From sequence record MK799832.1: DNA of 64,000 nucleotides, one strand, 5' to 3'. Within the stretch, counting starts at the first letter, position 1. Every line of letters begins with the position of its first letter. Position numbers and translations under genes: made by a program. Below, piece by piece: positions 56,112 through 64,000 of the stretch. The notes beneath the pieces were generated by a model, which saw nothing but the letters and a program-made list of their open reading frames with translations, had not been told where the DNA came from and searched no databases.

Positions 56112-58408
56112 GCAACGGATTGAAAGTTACTAAGAGAAATGGTTCGGTAGAGAAACTGGACCTGGACAAGATGCACAAGATGGTTGATGAAGCAACCAGT
56201 GGTTTGGCTGGTGTATCTGCAAGTCAGGTTGAGATGACTTCTGGCATTCAGTTCTATGATGGTATTACCACTCAAGAGATTCAAGAGATTCTTATTAAGA
56301 GTGCGTCTGACTTGATTGATCTTGACCATCCAAACTACCAGTTCGTTGCTGCACGTCTTCTTCTGTTTGCAATCAGGAAGCAACTGTTTGGTAAGATGCA
56401 TGAGATGCCATCTCTCGTTGATCACATCCAGAGACTTGCCTATGAGGGTGTGTATGACAAAGGGATCTTCACTAAGTACTCTATTGAAGAGATTCAGAAG
56501 GCTGAGTCATACATCGACCATCATCGTGACTACCTGTTTACCTATGCTGGTTTGAGGCAGGTTGTGGATAAATACCTAGTACAGGATAGAAGTACTGGTC
56601 AGGTCTACGAGACTCCACAGTTCATGTATATCATGATCGCCCTGACTATCTTCCAGGAATATCCTAAAGAAACTCGACTGTCTTATGTCAAAAGATACTA
56701 CGACGCAATCTCCAGACACCGAATCAACATTCCCACACCTATCATGGCAGGAGTGCGAACTCCACTTCGACAATTTGCTAGCTGTGTTCTTGTTGATGTT
56801 GATGACTCCCTCGATAGCATCTTTAGTTCTGATATGGCTATCGGCAGATACGTTGCACAAAGGGCGGGTATCGGTATCAACGCAGGCAGAATCCGTGGTA
56901 TCAACGCTAAAATCAGAGGTGGAGAAGTTCAACACACAGGTGTTGTACCATTCCTCAAAAAGTTTGAGGCAACTGTCAGATGCTGCACTCAAAATGGCAT
57001 TCGAGGTGGAAGCGCAACTGTCCACTTCCCAATCTGGCACCAAGAAATCGAAGACATCCTAGTTCTCAAGAACAACAAAGGAACGGAAGATAATAGGGTA
57101 CGTAAACTTGACTATTCAATCCAACTATCAAAGATTTTCTACGAACGTTTCATTACGGATGGAGAGATTAGCCTATTCTCACCGCATGACACGCCAGGTC
57201 TCTATGATGCTTTTGGCACTGATCGATTTGACGATCTCTATGTGGGTTATGAACAAGATAAGTCTGTACCAAGAAAAACTGTTGGAGCTCAAGAACTCAT
57301 TCTGGATCTCTTAAAAGAGAGAGCAGAGACTGGTCGTATCTATATCATGAACATCGACCATTGTAATTCTCACTCTTCCTTCAAGGATCGTGTGACAATG
57401 AGTAATCTGTGTCAGGAAATTACTCTTCCTACAGAACCACTGAGTCATATCGATGAGGAGATGCCAGGTGAGATTGCTCTGTGTATTCTGTCTGCGGTCA
57501 ACGTAGGTAAGATCAAGTCTGATGAGGAACTGGAGGATCTGTGTGACCTGTCAGTTCGTGGTCTTGAAGAATTGATTGACTACCAGGAGTATCCTGTTAA
57601 GGTGGCTGAGATCGCCACAAAGGCCCGTAGGTCCCTCGGAGTGGGGTTCATTGGACTTGCACACTACCTTGCTAAGTTAGGTTATAACTACGACTCCCAA
57701 GAGGCATGGGATGCAGTTCATGGATTGTCTGAGTCCTTCCAGTATTACCTTCTCAAATCGTCCAATGAAATTGCCAAAGAAAAGGGACACTGTGAATACT
57801 TTGGTAGAACTAAGTACTCTGATGGGATCCTTCCTATCGACACGTACAAGAAGGATGTCGATGAGATTTCTACACAGGAGCTTACACATGATTGGGAAGG
57901 TCTTAGAGCATCTATCACCACCCACGGACTACGGCACTCAACACTGTCTGCTCAGATGCCATCGGAGAGCAGTTCCGTTGTGTCAAACGCAACAAATGGA
58001 ATTGAGCCACCTAGAGACTATCTGTCCATTAAGAAGAGCAAGAAGGGCCCCCTTAAACAAATTGTCCCGTCTTATCAAACGCTTAAAAATAATTATACTC
58101 TCCTCTGGGAGATGACAAGCAACCAGGGATACATTAATGTGGTGTCAGTCATGCAGAAGTTCTTTGACCAGGCCATTTCTGGTAACTGGAGTTACAATCC
58201 AGAGAACTATCCTGACAATGAGGTCCCTGTTTCTCAGATGGCAAATGACCTTCTGACTACATATAAGTATGGTTGGAAGACTTCTTATTACCAGAACACC
58301 TACGACATCAAGACGGATGAAGTAGTAGAAGAGAAGTCGGACCTCAATAATTTGTTAGAAGAATTAGAATCAGTAGAGGAGGGAGAGTGTGAATCCTGTG
58401 CAGTTTAA
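56108..58408 (+). CDS. nrdA: Ribonucleotide reductase class Ia alpha subunit
   Basis: ATP cone VTKRNG, TPIMAGVRT, SNLCQEI, MPSESSS, GWKTSYY. Confidence 0.97.
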   Translation: MSNGLKVTKRNGSVEKLDLDKMHKMVDEATSGLAGVSASQVEMTSGIQFYDGITTQEIQEILIKSASDLIDLDHPNYQFVAARLLLFAIRKQLFGKMHEMPSLVDHIQRLAYEGVYDKGIFTKYSIEEIQKAESYIDHHRDYLFTYAGLRQVVDKYLVQDRSTGQVYETPQFMYIMIALTIFQEYPKETRLSYVKRYYDAISRHRINIPTPIMAGVRTPLRQFASCVLVDVDDSLDSIFSSDMAIGRYVAQRAGIGINAGRIRGINAKIRGGEVQHTGVVPFLKKFEATVRCCTQNGIRGGSATVHFPIWHQEIEDILVLKNNKGTEDNRVRKLDYSIQLSKIFYERFITDGEISLFSPHDTPGLYDAFGTDRFDDLYVGYEQDKSVPRKTVGAQELILDLLKERAETGRIYIMNIDHCNSHSSFKDRVTMSNLCQEITLPTEPLSHIDEEMPGEIALCILSAVNVGKIKSDEELEDLCDLSVRGLEELIDYQEYPVKVAEIATKARRSLGVGFIGLAHYLAKLGYNYDSQEAWDAVHGLSESFQYYLLKSSNEIAKEKGHCEYFGRTKYSDGILPIDTYKKDVDEISTQELTHDWEGLRASITTHGLRHSTLSAQMPSESSSVVSNATNGIEPPRDYLSIKKSKKGPLKQIVPSYQTLKNNYTLLWEMTSNQGYINVVSVMQKFFDQAISGNWSYNPENYPDNEVPVSQMANDLLTTYKYGWKTSYYQNTYDIKTDEVVEEKSDLNNLLEELESVEEGECESCAV

Positions 58409-59231
58409 GGTTTCATCGGTGGATAATGTTACGATGGATAAGGTGGATAGGATGACGGTATTCAACACCGAAGTCCATGACTCTAAAAAACAACCAATGT
58501 TTTTTGGAAAACCGTTGGGAGTTCAAAGATACGATTCTTACAAGTATCCAGTCTTTGAAAAACTGACAACACAACAACTCGGATATTTCTGGAGACCTGA
58601 GGAGGTCTCCCTTCAAAAGGACAGAGCAGACTATCAATTACTCAGACCAGAACAGAAACACATCTATACTTCTAACCTGAAGTATCAGATTATGTTGGAC
58701 TCAATTCAGGGTAGAGGACCAGGGATGGCATTCATTCCCTACTGTTCTCTTCCTGAACTTGAAGCATGTATGGAAGTCTGGGGATTTATGGAGATGATCC
58801 ATAGTCGCTCTTACACATACATCATCAAGAATATCTATCCTGACCCATCAGATATTTTTGATCACATCATCACCGACGAGAGAATTCTTGAACGTGCAAA
58901 GAGTGTCACTGAGTCATATGATGACTTTATCAACAGTGCCCAACAATGGGGTAATGGTAATATGTGGAAGGAAGACTTCCGTCAATCACCATCATCTAAA
59001 TGGGAAATCAAAGATGTCAAACGTAAATTGTTCAGAGCAGTTGCAAACGTTAACATTCTTGAGGGTATTAGGTTCTACGTTAGTTTTGCTTGTAGTTTCG
59101 CCTTTGGTGAACTCAAACTCATGGAGGGATCAGCAAAGATCATCTCCCTGATTGCAAGAGATGAAAATCAACACCTTGCCATCACTCAGAACATCCTGAA
59201 CAAGTGGAGATCAGGTGATGATCCTGAGATG
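58389..59231 (+). CDS. nrdB: Ribonucleotide reductase beta subunit, 3'-truncated at breakpoint
   Basis: FWRPEE, DSIQG, EMIHSRSY, EGIRFY, RDENQH. Homology stops at GDDPEM; the remaining ORF to 59354 is antisense hli sequence. Confidence 0.93.
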
Positions 59232-59312
59232 TGTCGTGGCGTATGCACCCATGGCTGCCATGACACCAATCATTGCTGCCCAACCATTAATACGTTCTGC
59301 TCTTTCGTTCAT
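59232..59312 (-). pseudogene. hli: High-light-inducible protein, 3'-truncated at breakpoint
   Basis: MNERAERINGWAAMIGVMAAMGAYATT, then out-of-family sequence instead of GQIIPG. Confidence 0.85.
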
Positions 59313-59458
59313 TGCTTTTCCTCTTGTGTCTTGTTTGTAATGATGATCTTTTGACCATCGTGGGTAAATTGTAACTCATCATCTGGATCCCACAGTAACT
59401 CTTCATACAAATCATCGAGTTTTTGCATATCAATATAGAGTTGATCTGGATTAGGCAT
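59309..59458 (-). CDS. Small acidic hypothetical protein, 49 aa (not in ORF track)
   Basis: MPNPDQLYIDMQKLDDLYEELLWDPDDELQFTHDGQKIIITNKTQEEKQ*; ATGA overlap with hli. Confidence 0.65.
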   Translation of the reverse strand: MPNPDQLYIDMQKLDDLYEELLWDPDDELQFTHDGQKIIITNKTQEEKQ

Positions 59459-59468
59459 AATCAACTCC

Positions 59469-59762
59469 TCAAAGATTTTCTTCCTGCTCTGAGAGAATTA
59501 CACAATCACTAGTCGGATATGCAACACAGGTAAGAACATATCCCTCTTCAATTTGGTCATCATCCAGGAAGGATTGTTCTTCGTTGTCCACAGTTCCACT
59601 GATGATCTTACCAGCACATGCAGAACATGCACCAGCCTTACATGAGTAAGGAAGGTCTACACCTGCCTCTTCACCAGCCTCTAGAATGTACTGATCATCA
59701 GCACACTCAAACTTTGACTCGGTTCCATCAGGGGATTGGATAGTGATGCTGTAAATTGCCAT
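59469..59762 (-). CDS. petF: Plant-type [2Fe-2S] ferredoxin
   Basis: [13 protein letters not shown]...VLTCVAYP. Confidence 0.97.
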   Translation of the reverse strand: MAIYSITIQSPDGTESKFECADDQYILEAGEEAGVDLPYSCKAGACSACAGKIISGTVDNEEQSFLDDDQIEEGYVLTCVAYPTSDCVILSEQEENL

Positions 59763-59848
59763 TAGTAAGTCTCAGATAGTTTTTCTACAGAATACGCCAA
59801 CAATACAAAGAAGGCGATACTCGTTAGTGTAAAGAGTGTTGAAGTCAT
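59762..59848 (-). CDS. 28-aa single-transmembrane microprotein (not in ORF track)
   Basis: [28 protein letters not shown]; TAATG coupling to petF. Confidence 0.55.
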   Translation of the reverse strand: MTSTLFTLTSIAFFVLLAYSVEKLSETY

Positions 59849-59850
59849 TG

Positions 59851-60060
59851 TCAACCTTTAAGTGTGAGATAAAACTTGGTTTCATCACCTGGAGTATTCT
59901 CGTAGATGGATGAGTCACCATATGTTTTGTGGTCTTTGTATCCTACCATACGACCTTTAGTGTTCTGAAGTGCAGGCATAAAGGCGATGAGAAAGAATAC
60001 GGCAGGTGCTCCGATGATAAGAGCACCAGAAATCACATAATAAGTAATAAGTTCAGCCAT
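59851..60060 (-). CDS. Small membrane protein
   Basis: N-terminal hydrophobic helix; coupled to the hli stop. Confidence 0.7.
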   Translation of the reverse strand: MAELITYYVISGALIIGAPAVFFLIAFMPALQNTKGRMVGYKDHKTYGDSSIYENTPGDETKFYLTLKG

Positions 60061-60278
60061 CAGAATCCAAATGCTCCGAAGAAGAACACACTACCAGTCG
60101 TTGCATAAGAAACAACTGCTGCAACAAAACCAAGCATTGCTACACGTCCATTCAGCTTCTCTGCTTTCTCAGCATGAGTTTCGATACCATAACGGTCAAG
60201 GTCTTCCTTGGTCATGTACATTGCTGGTTCAGTAGCCCACATGTTTTGTTGGCCACGATCATTAGTAGTAACAGTCAC
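60060..60278 (-). CDS. hli: High-light-inducible protein (Hlip)
   Basis: AEKLNGRVAMLG chlorophyll-binding ExxNGRxAM motif. Confidence 0.93.
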   Translation of the reverse strand: MTVTTNDRGQQNMWATEPAMYMTKEDLDRYGIETHAEKAEKLNGRVAMLGFVAAVVSYATTGSVFFFGAFGF

Positions 60279-60306
60279 GGATCTCTCCTGTGTGAAGTAT
60301 TGTTAC

Positions 60307-60336
60307 ATTATATATGTTTTCTTAATATTCTGTCAA
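60307..60336 (-). promoter_or_regulatory. Sigma70 promoter for the hli-petF operon
   Basis: TTGACA-N18-TATAAT. Confidence 0.7.
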
Positions 60337-60338
60337 GT

Positions 60339-60363
60339 AAAAAGGACAGTCTCTCGACTGTCC
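60339..60363 (-). terminator. Intrinsic terminator after pstS
   Basis: GGACAGTC-gaga-GACTGTCC plus T5. Confidence 0.75.
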
Positions 60364-60377
60364 CTGTGTTCATATGA

Positions 60378-61346
60378 TCACTTAAGTGTTTCTACAACAC
60401 CTAAAGCTCGTTGTCGAAGTTCCTCTGGGAGAGGGACATAACCAAGAGAATCTGAAAGAGCTTGTGACTCTTCACTCAACATAAAACGAAGGGTGGTCTT
60501 CACTGCTTCATTATTATCTGCCTCAGGATACGCTAGGATCCAAGTAAGGGAGACAATAGGGTATGCATTGGCACCCCTAGGATTAGGATCAGCACCACGA
60601 AGCTGATCGTCAAGGATGATCTGTGATAAACCAGCTGCAGATGTTTCAGCATTTGCTTTAACATAGTTACCATCTCTGTTTTGAAGAGAAACTTGTTGGA
60701 ACTTTCCACCGTTTACATAACCATAGTTAAGATAACCAATCGAACCATCAATTTGTCTGATCTGTGCAGCTACACCAGAGTTACCTTTACCACCAACACC
60801 AACAGGCCACTTAACTGACTTACCAGTTCCTACACGTTCTGCCCATTCAGCAGAGAATGCAGACAGAGAGTTTGTGAAACCTTTGGTAGTACCAGAACCA
60901 TCAGAGCGATGGACAGTCACGATCTTCTTATCAGCACAACCAAACTCAGACCAGTTGGTGATATTACCAAGGAAGACATCAGCAAGTTGTGCTTGAGTCA
61001 TCTTGGCATCACAACCAGAATTGTTGTAAGCAGGAACAATTGCACCACCAGTCATGGGGATATGCACCATGGGCAGTTTTTGTTTCTTATCACTTACAGC
61101 ACCATCAGAGGCACCGAAGTCAACAGTCTTAGCAGTGAACTGACGGACACCAGCACCACTACCAACTGCCTGGTAGTTCACTTTGTTACCAGTCTTTTCT
61201 TGAAAATTTTGTAACCACGCAGTGTACAGAGGTGCAGGGAAAGTAGCACCAGCACCATTTAACTTGAATGTAGTTTCTTTAGAACCACATGCGACAAGAG
61301 TGCCACCAACGGCGATGGCACTCAGAACTTTGAGAAAGTTTTTCAT
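60378..61346 (-). CDS. pstS: Phosphate ABC transporter substrate-binding lipoprotein PstS
   Basis: Lipobox LVAC; GAGATFPAPLY, YQAVGSGAG, DFGASD, RSDGSGTT, YPIVSLTW. Confidence 0.97.
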   Translation of the reverse strand: MKNFLKVLSAIAVGGTLVACGSKETTFKLNGAGATFPAPLYTAWLQNFQEKTGNKVNYQAVGSGAGVRQFTAKTVDFGASDGAVSDKKQKLPMVHIPMTGGAIVPAYNNSGCDAKMTQAQLADVFLGNITNWSEFGCADKKIVTVHRSDGSGTTKGFTNSLSAFSAEWAERVGTGKSVKWPVGVGGKGNSGVAAQIRQIDGSIGYLNYGYVNGGKFQQVSLQNRDGNYVKANAETSAAGLSQIILDDQLRGADPNPRGANAYPIVSLTWILAYPEADNNEAVKTTLRFMLSEESQALSDSLGYVPLPEELRQRALGVVETLK

Positions 61347-61349
61347 TTA

Positions 61350-61709
61350 TCAGAACCTGTACTTAGTGCCCAGTTCAACTTTCCAATCACGGGTGTTGTC
61401 TTCCATGAAAAGATTTTCCCACTTTCCATATGCAGACAGACTATCTGTCAACTTTACTTTACCACCAACTTCCAGAACGGTAAAGGTCTCACTCTCCTTT
61501 CCATCAGGAGAAATGATACCAGCACCACCCTCGATGTAAGGAGTGAAGGAACCAAACTTTTTATCAACACCAATACGAGCAGAATTTACAGACTTCGAAA
61601 AGTCCTCGTCAGTCCCTTTAAACTCATGCTTAGTTTCTACATAAGGACCAGCGAATGCAGGTGTCGCTATTGCTGAGAGTGCCAGAGCGGCAAGTGCAAT
61701 TGATTTCAT
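61350..61709 (-). CDS. Small secreted outer-membrane beta-barrel-like protein upstream of pstS (PhCOG173-like)
   Basis: Signal peptide MKSIALAALALSAIATPAFA; AGPYVE; C-terminal KYRF. Confidence 0.75.
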   Translation of the reverse strand: MKSIALAALALSAIATPAFAGPYVETKHEFKGTDEDFSKSVNSARIGVDKKFGSFTPYIEGGAGIISPDGKESETFTVLEVGGKVKLTDSLSAYGKWENLFMEDNTRDWKVELGTKYRF

Positions 61710-61749
61710 TTTTTTATTAAGGTAAATTACTTTGTCCGAAGACTCTAGT

Positions 61750-61793
61750 ATTATAACAGAGTCTTTGTGGTTTGTATTTAAGATCAAGTTAAA
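61750..61793 (-). promoter_or_regulatory. Putative Pho box with -10 element
   Basis: TTTAACTT-gat-CTTAAATA (11-bp period, PyTTAAPyPyW-like) upstream of TATAAT; no TTGACA. Confidence 0.55.
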
Positions 61794-61845
61794 TTGATTT
61801 GAGAACAAACCTTGGTATATATACTGGCTTAATTTAAAATTAACC

Positions 61846-61876
61846 ATAAAAAAACCCCCTCATAAAGAGGAGGTTT
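61846..61876 (-). terminator. Intrinsic terminator
   Basis: AAACCTCCTC-tttat-GAGGGGGTTT plus T run. Confidence 0.7.
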
Positions 61877-61894
61877 GATTATCTGGTATTAGAA

Positions 61895-62269
61895 TCAGAA
61901 GCTGTACTTCAGACCCAGCTTACCACCAGCATTCAGGGTGTCAAAGTCGCCACCTTCGGTAGTGGTTGCAGACAGTTCACCGTATGCACCCAACTTCGAA
62001 GACAGTGCAACAGAAGCACCAACCTTACCAGAGAACTCAGTCTCGGCTTCTTCACCGTCAAGGGAAACGATGGAAGGACCGCCTTGGACATACCAAGCAG
62101 CATCTTCGCCCAGAGCACCTTCGTAGCCGACGTGCAGATCAGTTACTGCACCAGTGTAGTCATCACCGACCCAACCAGCGTTGGTCTCGACATTAACATA
62201 AGGACCTGCAACAGCAGCGCCAGCGGACATAGACAGAGCAGCAGCAGCTGCGAATACAGATTTGAACAT
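61895..62269 (-). CDS. Small outer-membrane beta-barrel-like protein (paralogue of 61350-61709)
   Basis: GAGG RBS; signal peptide MFKSVFAAAAALSMSAGAAVA; GPYVNVE; alternating beta pattern; C-terminal KYSF. Confidence 0.75.
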   Translation of the reverse strand: MFKSVFAAAAALSMSAGAAVAGPYVNVETNAGWVGDDYTGAVTDLHVGYEGALGEDAAWYVQGGPSIVSLDGEEAETEFSGKVGASVALSSKLGAYGELSATTTEGGDFDTLNAGGKLGLKYSF

Positions 62270-62382
62270 TAGTTTTACCTCGTTTTTACTTGTGGAATGG
62301 TTACCCACAGATGGAAAGGGAATCGACACTCCCTGTTTTATTACCAATTGTAACTTTAATTACTGAAAGACAAAAGGTGAAG

Positions 62383-62416
62383 TATTTATAGTAACAGACA
62401 ACTGTAACTTTGTCAA
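62383..62416 (-). promoter_or_regulatory. Overlapping sigma70 and late promoters
   Basis: TTGACA-N17-TACTAT, with TATAAATA overlapping the -10. Confidence 0.65.
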
Positions 62417-63213
62417 CCCTCTTGTGGGGGTTGTACGTTAGATGGATCGGATACCCGACCCAGATATGGATTGAAGTCCATTAACTCAGAGATTTCCATC
62501 TGAGCTCCAGTCTGTGACCAGAAGTTAAATTGAGCTTGATAGTTGCTCTTGTGGAATACCTCCACATGGTCCTGGTGAATACTGGAACCTAGATCGGTCT
62601 TGTATAACAAAAGGGGAATGGCGTAAGTGTTACCAGAATTGTAGATGAGATCATCTGCAACAGGTCTTGGTCTTACGTCATTGTCAAGTTTGTACTTGTC
62701 ACCACGACAGTGAAGACGAATCAGTTTCTCTGCGTGATGACGAGTGATGATATAACAAGCTGTAGAGAATTCATTCACGAAACGTTTATGAATCTTGATG
62801 TTGATATCACCAGTACAGATGATTGAGATCTGAGTTACATCCCAATCATATGGAATCTTACTAAAGAAATCCCTCCATGTAAAGTTCCAGAACCTGACCA
62901 GATCAAGTTCACAATCATCTTCCATCATGATTGCGTATGGTTCACCACTATCATAGAACTCTTTGATAGCCTTGAGGTGAGAGGTCACACAACCGATCTC
63001 ACCAGGTGAACACATGTCAGGGTACCTACCCTTCAGAATGTGTCCCAGATCGTCTTCTCGACCGTCGTAAGCGGACACGCGGGTATAGTTAGTGATCTCC
63101 CAGTACTTGAACTGGTCCTCCATGTACTTCCATCTCTCGGGTTGTCCATCGAGATTGATACAATAGATCTTTGGAAGACCTTGAAGTTTGAATACGGCTT
63201 TGTTTCTATCCAT
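62413..63213 (-). CDS. Glycosyltransferase family 25
   Basis: IYCINLD...ERW, GEIGCVTSH, IMEDD, YIIT. Confidence 0.85.
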   Translation of the reverse strand: MDRNKAVFKLQGLPKIYCINLDGQPERWKYMEDQFKYWEITNYTRVSAYDGREDDLGHILKGRYPDMCSPGEIGCVTSHLKAIKEFYDSGEPYAIMMEDDCELDLVRFWNFTWRDFFSKIPYDWDVTQISIICTGDINIKIHKRFVNEFSTACYIITRHHAEKLIRLHCRGDKYKLDNDVRPRPVADDLIYNSGNTYAIPLLLYKTDLGSSIHQDHVEVFHKSNYQAQFNFWSQTGAQMEISELMDFNPYLGRVSDPSNVQPPQEG

Positions 63214-64000
63214 TACAGTATTTCCCAATGGTCAGGGTACAAATCTTTAGTGTCTAAGTGAGCATTGTTTGGTCCAAACCATTTGGAAGGAGCAATGACT
63301 CTACCACAGTTTGCCAACCATGCACCCCACCATGAGAATGTAGAGTTGGCAATGATAAAGTCACTACACTGTGTCATCAGGTACAGATCATGATAGGAAC
63401 TGTTACCCTCAGACAGAAGGAATCTATCTGGTTTGAATAGTTCTTGAGAAGCAGCCCAGAATGGATCGTCAGTGAATAGAATTACTTCCCTGTCTGGGTC
63501 AAACTTACTCAAGGCTTTCTCGTACCATTCAAGAGAAAGGTTGTGGTGATTACCACTGTTGATCAGAAAGTCTCCCCTACGAATATGTAAAGCAATGGGA
63601 CTTTGATCGAACACCTCATCAACGATAGGTTCAGACTCTCCTTGAATCGTAGAGTTGAACTTAAAATCCTGACGGATAGTATCTTCAATATGTTTGAAGT
63701 ATTTCTCCGTCTGAAAGAAACCGAACAGACTTACATTGTCTGGACATGTTTCAAATAGATCCTCGTTGAAATGGAACCCGTTCTCCTGAACGACCGACCC
63801 ACCTATCATACCACGTTGACAGTGGATCGTAAAGGGGTCGTCCAGTTCGATCTTGAGGTAGTTACCAATTCCATCATGAAAGACTTCATCATGGTCGGGG
63901 ATACACATATCGTATCCACGATTTGCGGCGATACCTTTTGTCGCAGCATACTGGAACATCTGGTTTCCTAGTTGTCCAGCCTTACCAAGATAATCAAATC
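63213..64000 (-). CDS. Glycosyltransferase family 11 (alpha-1,2-fucosyltransferase-like), 5'-partial
   Basis: GQLGNQMFQY, HIRRGD, FTDD, NSTFSWW; frame is open to the window edge. Confidence 0.88.
   Translation of the reverse strand, partial: FDYLGKAGQLGNQMFQYAATKGIAANRGYDMCIPDHDEVFHDGIGNYLKIELDDPFTIHCQRGMIGGSVVQENGFHFNEDLFETCPDNVSLFGFFQTEKYFKHIEDTIRQDFKFNSTIQGESEPIVDEVFDQSPIALHIRRGDFLINSGNHHNLSLEWYEKALSKFDPDREVILFTDDPFWAASQELFKPDRFLLSEGNSSYHDLYLMTQCSDFIIANSTFSWWGAWLANCGRVIAPSKWFGPNNAHLDTKDLYPDHWEIL

Noticed and set aside
56108-58408. Possible intron or intein in nrdA, g41 or g43
   Set aside because: Lengths are normal, motifs are contiguous, and no splice or intein signatures were seen
59232-59354. 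Cys/His-rich C-terminal extension of NrdB (CRGVCTHGCHDTNHCC), resembling a metal-binding domain
   Set aside because: It is the antisense reading of the hli gene beyond breakpoint 3, not a real domain

Overview
This window is from a lytic T4-like cyanophage (myovirus, Kyanoviridae type). The host is most likely marine Synechococcus/Prochlorococcus, based on hli, petF, pstS, tRNA-Leu(UAA) and the cobS/vWA pair. It is not one colinear stretch: four blocks are joined at three mid-gene breakpoints (~12561, ~38592, ~59232). Block A (1-12560, +): S74 tail-fibre end, g3, uvsY, uvsW, g55, g47, g46, vWA-peptidase/cobS, g45, truncated speD. Block B (12561-38591, mostly -): tail fibres, tRNA, g5/baseplate hub, tail proteins with muralytic domains, g51, g26, g4, g2, g48, truncated g53. 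Block C (38592-59231, +): 5'-truncated g43, uvsX, g41, mazG, a three-gene DNA-modification cassette, putative capsid-internal proteins, g61, nrdA, truncated nrdB. Block D (59232-64000, -): hli/petF/pstS auxiliary genes, two small beta-barrel proteins, glycosyltransferases. The standout is the translationally coupled cassette at 43755-46377: a CmoA-like carboxy-SAM synthase, a stand-alone asparagine-synthetase-like amide ligase, and a C5-cytosine DNA methyltransferase whose motif X Asn is replaced by Arg (GRMV). Together these predict carboxymethyl-cytosine DNA hypermodification followed by amidation. Other leads are a ~55-nt sRNA between a perfect sigma70 promoter and a terminator, proteins with T4-like capsid-targeting N-termini (one an HNH nuclease), and hairpin-embedded promoters. 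All family assignments come from motif recognition by eye; no searches were run.
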